A stretch of 64,000 bases of DNA from Macrostomum lignano (taxonomy: Eukaryota), in the NCBI GenBank assembly GCA_002269645.1, contig NIVC01000275.1:1-64000 (forward strand), in the 5' to 3' direction. Of this stretch, positions 43,979-55,729 are shown piece after piece. The position numbers and the translations under genes are program-made. Positions within the stretch are counted from its first letter, which is position 1. Each line of letters opens with the position of its first letter. The notes beneath the pieces are model-generated. The model saw nothing but the letters and a program-made list of their open reading frames with translations. It had not been told where the DNA came from and did no database searches.

Positions 43979-46900
43979 ATGTCATTTCTAGCTTACAATG
44001 ACTATCAGTCCTGTGAAGCTGCACTGGACAAATTGAACGAAGAATTTCAAACACTCAAGGTTTGGAACTTTGTTATCTGCTTTACTTATAATTAAATAGG
44101 CCTCTGCTAGCTCTATATTTAAGATTGACCTTTCTTTATGTAGTATTAATATTATATATTTAACAACTTTATAGTCCTTGAAGATTTGTGTATTTGAATA
44201 TTTGTGGTAGAGATAAGAAAAATTGCTAGTAATTTCCAATTGTTAGTTATGAATAACTTGTATAGCCTAATATAGGCCTATATTATTAATAAATAGACAT
44301 ACTTTTATCAGACAGCTTGCGTGCATGGCAGCTATCCACCCAGTGTTTAAATTGCATGCATGGCAGCTATCCACCTAGTATTTTAGTTGCATGCACAGTA
44401 GCTAGACTAGGGTAATAAGTCAATTTGCCAAAAGTTGATTTGCCAAACATTGATTCACTGAAAGCAGGTTGTTTTGCCGGGTGATGGTCATTTCGTCAAC
44501 TGGCGTTTCGTCAACTCGGTTGACGAAGTGACCAAAGTGTTGGGGCGACTTTACTGGTGGTTGACGAAGTGACCAATGCCTAGGTCCTTCCCATTTGCTT
44601 TTTGATGAAGTGACTAAAAAAATTTCATATGAATGATAGGCCTAACGATTGTAGCTGATACAGCTGCATATCTTGTATAGCTTACAATTATTGTTATATC
44701 GATGACTTGTTTTATTAATTGCCTTATTTAAAAAAGATAAACAATTTTTGCAATTGAAAAATTGCAATGCCAGACTGCATGTCCATTTGGTTAAATGTTT
44801 GGATGCAAATATTCTATGCAAATGCGTCACCCCATGCGCACTCATATCCATATGCGTCTGGGCATTAATGAATACATGGGTATTTCTCCTATCAAAACGC
44901 GTCGAGGACTGCTATAAAGTCTCCTATATATGGAGCCATGAAAATTGGTGGATTGCGTGCGCCTTATTCCCACCCCTCCACCCCACTGTGCATAGTCAAA
45001 CGAAGCCCCCGCAGCGAATCTTGATATCCGGTAATGCTCTTGTTCAGGAGTGTATAATTACGCACAATTCACGTGCGCTCATCGATCGATCATGCCATAC
45101 ATGTATTAAGGTATTGCACTCCCTGTCATGCTTAACACTAAAATGTACAATGCACTGTAAGAAGGCACAAGCAGACACGAGCAGACAGACGCAAAGGCAC
45201 AGGCAGACAAGCAAACTGATCGGCGATATTGGGTGCAGTACCACAGCGGCGTGCTCTTGATTCGTGCATTCCTGCTTATGTACGCTACACAAGACTTGGC
45301 CATGTGCCTTAGAAGCCTAGTGCTTTTACGTGTAGGGTCAGCAAACTTTTTACCTCAAGGGCCAGATTGAGAACCTAGCGCAATGACTGCCCTTCTGGGT
45401 CCGCTTCGCTGGGCCCCTAAGCAAAATGCGCCTAGGAGTCCCTGATGATTGCAAGCCAAAGGAGGGAGAGAGGATAGGGAATAGAGAAGAGAAATACGAG
45501 CTGGCGTACTTGTAGAAGAAAGGATCGAGAGGCGAAGGAATAAGGATAAGAGAGTATACAATTGAGAGGAGAGATGAAATAGGAGAGAAATGATCGAGAG
45601 GAGAGGAGAGATGAAATAGAGAAGAGAGGAGAGGAGAGGAGAGGATTGAGAGAGGAGGGAAGGGAGAAGAGAATGGAGAAGAAAAGGAAAAGGAGAGGAG
45701 AAAGGTGAGAGATGAGAGGAAAGGAGAGAGGAGAGGAGAGGACAGGTGAGAGAGAAGAGAGAGGTGAGAGAAGAGAGCTGAAAAGAGACACAAAATTAAA
45801 ATTGAGCACTCCGGATTTCTATTATGAAGATTCAAAGGATCCGAGGGCCGGATAGAGACTTTGCGGGCCACATGTGGCCCGTGAACTGGAGTTTGACGAC
45901 CCCTGTTTTAGCTATTTAGCCCTTCTCCTTTGGGGCCTCTGATCGAAATTTCGAGTCTGCCGCAATCCCAAGACTTAATTAAACCGCTGCGGGCGCTGCA
46001 ACCAAAATCACTAAAATGCCGTCAGCTAAAAGAATAGATAGCGCCAAGAGATCCAGAAAATTACTGGTCTTGCATGCCCTTGCAATTTTCATTAATTTGA
46101 GATATCTATAACTATATACTAAATAAATTAGTCAATTGGACCACTGAAGTCACTTAAGCACAGTCCTTGAAATGAGTGCAGTACAGTTGCGCAATGTTTG
46201 AATTAGTTGAACATTTGAGCATTTTCAGCTAGACTTTCGGCTACTCCAACACAGAATTGAATATTGGCCTGGTTATGCCATAATGCCACAAACTAACAGC
46301 ACAAGTTTGGGTGCCCTTAGGTTAGAAGAAATTATGAGCAATATGCCCTCCCACCCTATAGGAAAAAGTTGTAAAACCACGGACGGTGTCCGGCGCACTT
46401 TTGAAATTTTTCTAAAGCGCAGCGCGCGCACAGGCGCAGCGCCTGCGCGCGCTGCCCTTTCTTACTGGCTGCTGCTCTAGCAAATACATATACATGGAAA
46501 TGGGTATAATACCTCTGTTGAAGGGGCTTATACACTCGTAATTTATTAAGCTTAGAGATGTTCCGAAAATTCAATTTCAATTTTCCTAAATTTGAAATTT
46601 TTTAGAGCAAATTTCAATTTCGAAATAAAATTTAGAAGTGAAAATTTTGGTAGTGTCTAAAAAGTCGCTAAAAATAAACTACTTTCTACTACATATACAT
46701 GTATTACTTTTTGCTTAAGCAGTAAATTGAAAGTAAAAAAGTGAGTGTTGATCATACTAAACTTTGTTTTCTGAATTATGATTTCGGGAAATTTCAATTT
46801 TGATTTTGGAAAGTTAGCGAATTTTGATTTCAACGAAACTGCAGATCTTTCGGAACATCTCTAATAATCCTAAAGCGCGGTAAAATAGTTTGACTCTTTT

Positions 46901-49900
46901 CTAAAGCGCGTCCGCGGGTTTTTAACATTTATTCCAATAGGGCCCTCCCATCATTAGCCCCCCCACTCTGAAATATGTTCCAACACTATACTGGCTTGAG
47001 CTACAGTACATTTACATGTAGTCTGGGGAGTCCTACAGTCCAAGGCCAGCTTATGTACAGCTGACTGCTAGAGGGCAGCATTGTTCCAGGCGAGGCAGTG
47101 ATCAAGACCGTCCTGCTGTACAACGTCAAGACCTGGACGCTGATGAAGTCGCTCGAGCAATGTTGACGCAGCGCACGCTGGCCTGCTGCGCGCCGCCTTC
47201 AAGATCACCTACGCAAGTGACCATAACACGGCTTTTGTATCACCGCGCTGACCTGTTCCATCCAATTCGACCTGCTGCGCAGTCATACATGACCACATTC
47301 ATGTATGCAATGGCTTGATTTGGAATGCTTTCTATATGTATGTTTTGCGAATTAGAGGACCCGGCCACTTCAAGAGTTATCTTTGGTCCAGGTTCTCCCC
47401 AACTACATGTACTACTTCTTAATTAACTTCTGCATTCAAAATTTAACATACAAATGTGCACACGGGATGTAACCCCGTCGTGCTGCACACGTTTCAAACA
47501 CATGGGCGCATTATATTTTGTTAGCACATGTACAAGCGTATAACAGAGACGCATCGATCGAAAGCCAGCAGATGTTGCAGAGGGTATGAATATTAATTAG
47601 CCTGTCGACTTAGTCATTTCAGGGTTCAGTTTTACTTTTTTGCAGCTGCGGGGGGTAGTTTATTGGCAGTTGACGAAGTGACCAATGTTGGAACACTTCC
47701 TATTGGCCAGTTGACGAAGTGACTGAGGTTTAAGATCGCTTCATTGGCTAGTTGACGAAACGACCAGTGATAAAACCAAGTTGACGAAATGGCCAGTTGA
47801 CGAAACGCCAGTTGACGAAATGACTAGGACCCGTTTTGCCAAAAGTTGTTTTGTTAAACAAATAAACAATAAAAAATTAAATAAGCAAATAAACAGCAAA
47901 CAATGTATATTTATCTAGGGGGCCTAGTGTATATTTATTTTTTGTTTTAAATTGCTGCTTAATGGTCTGGACAGCCTTGCATGCAGCTGGTATTCAATCA
48001 ATCTAGCAATAGGACAATCTAGCAACAGACAATCCTAAACATTCTATTTATTTTAGGATCATTGAATTTTAAAGTTTTCAATGTTTTTAAGCTTTTTTGC
48101 AAAAGTGTCTTTCAGTATATATTGGCTCACCTGCTATATAGTATATAATACTATATACATGGTAGGTTGTTGCAAAAAATATATGTATTGTTCCCATTTT
48201 TACAGTATACAATTTAAAATGGCACTAGCAAAAATAAGTGTTCTGTAATTTTTCATGAATTAAAATATTTATTAGCAATGACAACTAACAAATCAAACTT
48301 AGGACCTTTAGCACATTGCCAATCAAGTTTTTGGCAAATTGACTTTTAGCAAAAAGGTTTTTGGCAAATCATCTAGTATTTGCAGCCAGCAGATAGGCAA
48401 AATAATAAATTGTAAATTGAACCCTTTCCCTCAAATCTGCACATTGCTACTCATTGAACTTATTTAATAATTGATTACTTGTTTTATCCTAGAGGTTGGA
48501 TGAGCATAAAATTTTGGTCAGGCATGAAATTTCGTGAAATTTTCAAAGTCGGGCGTGATCGTGATTGTGATCGTGAATTTAAATAACAAAACAAAACAAA
48601 TAACAAAACAAGAAAAGAAATATTTATAAATTGATAATAGCTACTCGTAATGCTGTCAAGTCAACAAATTTAAAATTTATTACTCTTACACATTTGTGTT
48701 CACATATTTTGGTAAACCAAGTAGAAAAGTTATACTTCTTATAAAAATGTAATAAAGTGGAAATTCATGACTGTCGTGAACGGGTTTCAAGGAAATAACG
48801 ATCGTGAAAAAAATGGTCGTGAATTCACGAAATTGTGATCATGATCGTGATCAAGTCTGAGCCCTATTTTATCCCATATAAAAATTAATCTCAATTCGTA
48901 GCTGTTTTTGTTAATTCAAATTTTATTTTTAATAATTTGAATAGTAGGCCTATATGATATACAATATAATTTAAGTTAAGATGTAGCTGCTATGCACATA
49001 AGCTCTCTGTACTTTTATACATAGATTAAGGCTAAAGATCTAACATAGGCCTAATTAAAGGAAATCTAGGCTTTTAGATACTTATTAATGCTTCAATATA
49101 TATGATTAATAATTTAATAGAGTTTTATTATACTTAAATTTTTTTATATTTATATTAAATATCTATTTTTGTATTACCTTATCTAGACTATAGCTAAAGC
49201 TGATTACTTAAATTTTCTTTTAAATTTTAATGATGCTAAGCCTAAATCTAATGCTAACATTTTTATCATTTACTGTAATTAATTTAGGCCTAATTAAGAA
49301 ATAAAGGATAATAGTAATAGTGTAACTTATTACTCATTAATATTGTCTAATTAATTTATTAAAATAGGCCTAGGTTAATAAAAAGAATGGCTATAACTGC
49401 ATTTATCTTTACTTTAATCATTACTACATCAATTAATACAATGTGTATATAGTATTGAAATTTGCTATTGCTTGGTGTCTAGGTCAAAGATAAAATTTTA
49501 TTGCCTAAATCTCTTACCCCAGAGATATATAACTTCTTTTTGCAAAAGCTTTGAAACTAGCAAAACTTATTCATTTGCACTGTTTTTTTCTTTTCACCCC
49601 ATAAAATAAAGAGCTCTAGTTGTCTTAGGTTTCAGTTATTGAAGTAGCCAATATTACTAGATAAAAAAACTAGATCTAGGAGTTCTGTGTTCCCTTGACA
49701 ATGCTGTTTGTCAATGTTACTCTTTTACATAGACTTCATAGTTAGGATCAAGATTTTAAGCACATCTTTTTTATTAATTTAAAGCTCAGTAACAGCTTGG
49801 CAATTAAACTTACTTGGCAATTTGATTTAAAACAAAGAAGTCATATAAAAAGCACAAATTGTTGCTTGTGTATTTCTTATGAAATTGTATTAAAATTGTA

Positions 49901-52900
49901 TTGATAAATTTTAACTTTAATATAAGTGCCACTTTTTGCCAAAAAAATTGATTCAATATTGTATCTAGAATAACTTACTAACTTTTACAAGCATTATACT
50001 CCCTTGTTACAAAATTTTAGAAAGATCATGAGTTGTACACAGAAAAGGTGGATGAAATGAAAAAGATGCAGACAAAATGCCTTGATGGCATCAAGCATCA
50101 GCGCTACAGGGCTAAGCAGATTCTAAACTCATTAACATCGTAAGTGTCTTGATTCTTACTGACTGACAGCTTTGTCTAGCGCAATTGTTCCACACTCTGC
50201 TGCCAGCACCTCTAACATGAATCCCCTTATTCAGTCTGGAGCGCGTGGCCCAAGGCGATGAGAAGGATAAAGTTGAGAAGCTGATGAAGCGATTGGCTCA
50301 GCGAAAGGCTCTGTTCGCCGATCTTGAGGACACTCTGCCGCATAAGAATGGGCTGTACTTGAATATTGTGCTGGGCCAGGTCAACGTGTCACTGCTCAGC
50401 AAAGTTGACAAGTGAGTTTGCCGGCAATGTAGAAATTATTGACAGGCAGTCGAGGACACCTAAACAGACAAGTCGCTGACATACAGATAAACAGCTGCAG
50501 AAATACAGAGGCGGACACAGACAAATAAGTAGTAGCGGACACAAACAGACAGTAGCGGACACAAACAGACAGTGGCGGACACAAACACATAGTAGCGGAC
50601 ACAAACAGTAACGGACACAGACAGTAGCGGACACAAACAGACAGTAGCAGACACAAACAGACAGTAGCGGATACAAACAGACAGTAGCAGACATTAGCGG
50701 ACACAAACAGACAGTAGCAGACACAAACAGACAGTAGCGGACACAAACAGACAGTAGCGGACACAAACAGACAGTAGCGGACACAAACAGACAGTAGCGG
50801 ACACAAACAGACAGTAGCGGACACAAACAGACAGTAGCGGACACAAACAGACAGTAGCGGACACAAACAGACAGTAGCGGACACAAACAGACAGTAGGAG
50901 ACACAAACAGACAGTAGCGGACACAAACAGACAGTAGCAGACGCAGCAGACAGTAGCGGACACAAACAGTAGCGGACACAAAAAGACAGTAGGGGACACA
51001 AACAGACAGTAGCTGACACAAACAGACAGTAGCAGACATTAGCGGACACAAACAGACAGTAGCAGACACAAACAGACAGTAGCGGACACAAACAGACAGT
51101 AGCGGACACAAACAGACAGTAGCGGACACAAACAGACAGTAGGAGACACAAACAGACAGTAGCGGACACAAACTGTAGCGGACACAAACAGACAGTAGCA
51201 GACGCAGCAGAAAGTAGCGGACACAAACAGACAGTAGGGGACACAAACAGACAGTAGCAGACACAGCAGACAGTAGCGGACACAAACATACAGTAGGGGA
51301 CACAAACAGACAGTAGGGGACACAAACAGACAGTAGCGGACACAAACAGACAGTAGCAGACACAAAAAGACAGTAGCGGACACAGACAGTGGGGGACACA
51401 AACAGACAGTAGCGGACACAAAAACAACAGACAAGCCCTTTCATCCCTCGCAGGTTCGCCTACAAGCAGGACTACGAGGCCTTCAAGCTGGTGCTCACCC
51501 TCATCATCCTGGTGGCTGCCATCTTTCTCTTTCTGTTCCTCGAGCACCGCGTGTTCGACGCCGCGTTCCAGTTCCTGCTGGTGTGGTACTACTGCACCCT
51601 CACGATCCGGGAGAGCATACTCATCGTGAACGGGTCCCGCATCAAGGGCTGGTGGGTGGCCCACCATTTTGTTAGCGTTGTGTGCTCCGGCATCGTGCTA
51701 ACCTGGCCTAGAGAGGTCAGCTACTACCGGTTCCGCAATCAGTTCAACCTGTTCTGCGTGTACGTTGGCATAGTGCAGGTGGTGCAGTACTATTACCAGC
51801 GCGGCTGCCTGTACAAGCTGAGGGCATTGGGCGAGCGGCACTCCATGGACATAACCGTTGGTGAGGCAGTGTGGACTCTGGGGGGTGAAGCGTTCTACAA
51901 GCTCGAAATTGTGCATCGTCAAAAAGTCAAGTTAAGTTTAGGGCTTACGAAGTTTCGAGCTTGAGAAGTTTCGAGCTTGAGAAGTTTCGAGCTTGAGAAG
52001 TTTCGAGCTTTTAAAACCAACCCAAATTCGAGGGTTTGTCATAAAAAAGTCAATTTTATCTTGTCATAAAATCTGCGCTTCTGTTGTCAGTTCGGCGAGG
52101 TCAACATTGATAACGTCACGTGACCAAACCCCATCCACCCCCGCCAGACGGCTTCATGTCGTGGATGTGGCGTCGCCTCGGCTTCGTGCTGCCGTTTCTG
52201 TTTCTCGGCTACGGCTTCCAGCTCTACAATTCCTTTGTGCTCTTCAAACTGTTCTACGAACCCGACTGTCAGGAGTGGCAGGTGTGTGTTGGCCTTGCTG
52301 CAGGTTGCCCTCACCTGACAGTTTCACTCAGTGATGACCTCGAAGTGACAGATTCTATCCATAATGACCCCCATCTGACAGATTCTCCATAATGACACTC
52401 ATCTGACAGTTTCTCTTCATAATGACCCCCCCATCTGAAAGTTTCTCTCCATAATGACCCCCATCTGACATTTTCTTGTCATAATGACCCCCCACCTGAC
52501 AGTTTCTCTCCATAATAACCCCCTTATCTGACAGATTCTCTTCATAATGACCCCCCACCTGACAGTTTCTCTTCATAATGACCACCACCTGACAGTTTCT
52601 CTCCATAATGACCCCCATCTGACAGATTCTCTTCATAATGACCCCCCCACCTGACAGTTTCTCTTCATAATGACCACCACCTGACAGTTTCTCTCCATAA
52701 TGACCCCCACCTGACAGTTTCTCTCCATAATGACCCCCACCTGACAGTTTCTCTCCATAATGACCCACATCTGACAATTTCTCTCCATAATGACCCCCAC
52801 CTGAGAGTTTCTCTCCATAATGACCCCCACCTGACAGTTTCTCTTCATAATGACCCCCACCTGACAGTTTCTCTCCATAATGACCCCCACCTGACAGTTT

Positions 52901-53368
52901 CTCTTCATAATGACCCCCACCTGACAGTTTCTCTTCATAATGACCCCCACCTGACAGTTTCTCTCCATAATGACCCCCACCTGAGAGTTCTCTCCATAAT
53001 GACCCCCACCTGACAGTTTCTCTTCATAATGACCCCCCCATCTGACAGTTTCTCTCCATAATGACCCCCACCTGACACCACTGGCCCCGCGCCGCCGCCA
53101 GGTGATCGCCCTCTCCGGCCTGTTCCTGCTGCTGTTCCTGGGCAACACCACCACCACCCTTGGCGTAGTGAAGCAGAAGATGAAGTCTGAGGGCTACTCG
53201 CTGCGGGAGAAGCTCAAGCGCAAGTACCGATTCAGCGTCATGTCCGCCTACGGCCGGAGCTCCACCTCGTCCGACTCGCCCAGTGGAACCGCCAGCACCG
53301 CCGCCGCCACTGCCGCCTCCGACACCGACAATCTGGCATCGTCCGATGAGCACGATAAGACGAATTGA
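43979..53368 (+). CDS. TMEM120: Transmembrane protein 120 (TMEM120A/B, TACAN family); exons 43979-44059, 50021-50139, 50235-50411, 51454-51860, 52148-52281, 53102-53368
   Basis: [81 protein letters not shown] and FLGNTTTT. Junctions are GT-AG with phases 0, 2, 2, 1, 0. The start ATG is inferred. Confidence 0.93.
45333..45905. mobile_element. Second copy of the hAT-like MITE family with GA-rich core
   Basis: TAGGGTCAGCAAAC ... GTTTGACGACCCCTG; subterminal sequence shared with 42762-43355. Confidence 0.7.
46553..46863. mobile_element. 311-bp MITE with perfect 16-bp TIR
   Basis: TAGAGATGTTCCGAAA ... TTTCGGAACATCTCTA; flanking 8-mers match at only 5/8. Confidence 0.65.
47081..47270 (+). mobile_element. 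Degenerate RTE-clade LINE ORF2 C-terminal fragment
   Basis: VIKTVLLYNVKTWTLMKSLEQ / DAAHAGLLRAAFKITY (frameshifted) matches the post-RT LLYGxETWTL motif of RTE elements. Confidence 0.65.
48490..48865. mobile_element. Possible MITE rich in atcgtga motifs
   Basis: CpG-retaining island with clustered gatcgtga motifs, ending in ctgagcccta. The TIR match is weak. Confidence 0.35.
50500..51430. repeat. Intronic 20-bp repeat (cagtagcggacacaaacaga)
   Basis: TMEM120 intron 3. Confidence 0.95.
51950..52010. repeat. Short 16-bp repeat (agtttcgagcttgaga) x4
   Basis: TMEM120 intron 4. Confidence 0.85.
52350..53078. repeat. Intronic 30-bp repeat (cacctgacagtttctctccataatgacccc)
   Basis: TMEM120 intron 5. 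Confidence 0.95.
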
Positions 53369-54024
53369 GTAGACTGAAATTAGTAATGCTTAAAATAATT
53401 ATTAATGGCATTATTAACTATCATATTGTATTAGGATCTAGCTAACAATTTGTGCGTAGCTCCCATTCCAATTGGTGAAGAAATCATTTTTACATAAAAA
53501 TTAAATTTACTTTTATTTTAGTAGTACATGTAGCTCTCTAGTGCTTTGTGTCCGCATTGGTCCAATTTTCTGAAATAACTGCTTGACCACTTATTTCCTG
53601 CTTTTGTAGTCTGTTTGTAGGCTAGAGATTAGATGGCTTAATCTAGATACGAGACTTTCTGAATATCTAGACTTTATAGCAGTTCAACTCAACAACCTTT
53701 AAACGCCAGCTCTATTACTTACAGTAACGAGTAGTCAGTTTTTTCTGCACGAATAAAAGATAATTGCTTGGTAGTTTCAAATTTAAAATCGAATCATTAA
53801 TTACCTGTTGTTGACGCGAATCAATCGGCTCCTTCCTCCACACCCGTAATTGTAAATCGATAAATTTCCCAAGACGCATAATACACGCGATCATGTGGGC
53901 GATAGCAGCAATTCGTTCTCTGATTTTCAAGGCTGTAGCCACTTATTCGAATAAGCTGTTCGTTCTTTGCACTCTTGTGCGTTTCTGCTTTCACTGTCTA
54001 GGGAAATTTGAGGACCTTTGTTAG

Positions 54025-54355
54025 TAGCTCCTGACTCAGTTTGCATGGGGATCTTTGAGATTAAGTAGCTCCTGACTCACTTTGCATGAGGATCTTTGAG
54101 AGTAAGTAGCTCCTGACTCAGTTTGCATGGGGATCTTTGAGAGTAAGTAGCTCCTGACTCAGTTTGCATGAGGATCTTTAAGAGTAGCTCCTGACTCACT
54201 TTGGATGAGGATCTTTGAGAGTAAGTAGCTCCTGACTCAGTTTGCATGAGGATCTTTAAGAGTAGCTCCTGACTCACTTTGCATGAGGATCTTTGAGAGT
54301 AAGTAGCTCCTGACTCACTTTGCATGAGGATCTTTAAGAGTAGCTCCTGACTCAA
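54025..54355. repeat. ~38-42-bp tandem repeat (gtagctcctgactcagtttgcatgaggatctttgagagtaa)
   Basis: About 8 units. Confidence 0.9.
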
Positions 54356-55059
54356 GCTGAGGATCCTTGAGCAGCAGCGTGGTGAGACAAAAGCAGGATT
54401 AGTACATCTGATTGAAATCGAAACGGGAATCTCTGTATTTTTTGGCTTAGGTTAAGAAGAGCAAATCAAAACGTCAGTGTTGTAATTCTGACAAACTTCT
54501 GGCACAAAAAATCACAGAAAAGTAATAATGCTGTACTTTAGGGCAGTGAACTGTTGAGGCATAATAATGAATGCATTATTGATGATAAAATCAATTTTTT
54601 TTTTTCAATTATATTTAAAAAGTTAAATATATTAAAGCTGAATAATTTGCACAATTATTGTCAGATAGTTTATACAATTTTTTTACGATAGGAAATAGAG
54701 GAAGAAAGGAATTCATAGCAGTAATAAGATCGATACAATTCTAATACATAATGTAATAATACGCATTCTCACCGAATGCGAAATGACTAATGAACTTGTT
54801 GGCAGCAACTTGTCAATGTGTTAAATTATTAATGTAACACGCATTTTCGATACTTAATAAACATAGTGACTACGCTTATTAATGGAATGATTATGAACAT
54901 GATAGCAATGAAATGATAGTGAAAATACCCAAGAAAAAGTACTTACTTGTCCGCGTCCTGCCTGCTTTGATTCCAGTTAATAAATTGATTTGATATGGAT
55001 GTGGATATGAATATGGATTTAATATGGTTGGATTCTAGTCAGGATTCGTTTTTTACTGT

Positions 55060-55300
55060 CCATGTGTACATTGGGGAAAGGGTGGGTTAAAGGCAGTTGG
55101 TTGGGCGTGTGTATGTACATTGGGGGAAGAGGTTGGAGGCAGTTGGTTGGGCGTGTGTATGTACATTGGGGAAGAGGTTGGAGGCGCCTGGTTGGACATG
55201 CGTATGTACATTGGAGGAAGAGATTGGAGGCAGTTGGTTGGGCGTGTGTATGTACATTGGGGAAGAGGTTTGAGGCGCCTGGTTGGACGTGTGCCTGTAC
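55060..55300. repeat. ~45-bp tandem repeat (gtacattggggaagaggttggaggcagttggttgggcgtgtgtat)
   Basis: About 5 units. Confidence 0.85.
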
Positions 55301-55729
55301 AATAGGGGAAGGAGGTGACTGTTAGACATGACAAGCGTCCCACGCCATTTTTGGGTTAGAATCCAATGCGAATACACCCGGAATTTTGTCAAGTGCAGGA
55401 ATTTTTTAACGCAGTCAAGAATTAAAGTTAGCGACGCCAAAGAGGTAAACAATTAAGACATACAAGGATTACGCAATAAAAGTTTAGTGCAATTCGGTTT
55501 GGCCAACAAAGGCCTGATATGTGGCTTCAGCTATCAAAACCAAGCTCGCTAAAATTAACAGCACGAATTAACAAGTTAATTTAATAATTCAGTCGGGAGA
55601 GAATCTCATTGGGGCTTTCGCTATTTATTATTGAGCTATATACGAATATACGCTATATACGATTAGTGTCTTTGATTGGCAAAGACAGGATTAGATCGAG
55701 TTTCAGCAGAAGCACAGGCACAGACTGAA

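Larger units (their letters stand above)
44479..47832. mobile_element. 3354-bp non-autonomous TIR element (foldback-like subterminal ttgacgaa repeats), 8-bp TSD
   Basis: TSD GTTTTGCC at 44471-44478 and 47833-47840. TIR GGGT....GTCATTTCGTCAACTGGCGTTTCGTCAACT at both ends. No transposase ORF. Confidence 0.8.
44410..48380. mobile_element. Older host element with ttgccaaa-type inverted subterminal repeats, interrupted by the 44479-47832 insertion
   Basis: agtcaatttgccaaa at ~44418 and its reverse complement tttggcaaattgact at ~48330; ttttgccaaaag continues across the insertion site. Confidence 0.4.

Noticed and set aside
50389-51667. Long Cys-rich minus-strand ORFs (keratin-associated or metallothionein-like)
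   Set aside because: They are antisense translations of the 20-bp intronic array of TMEM120.
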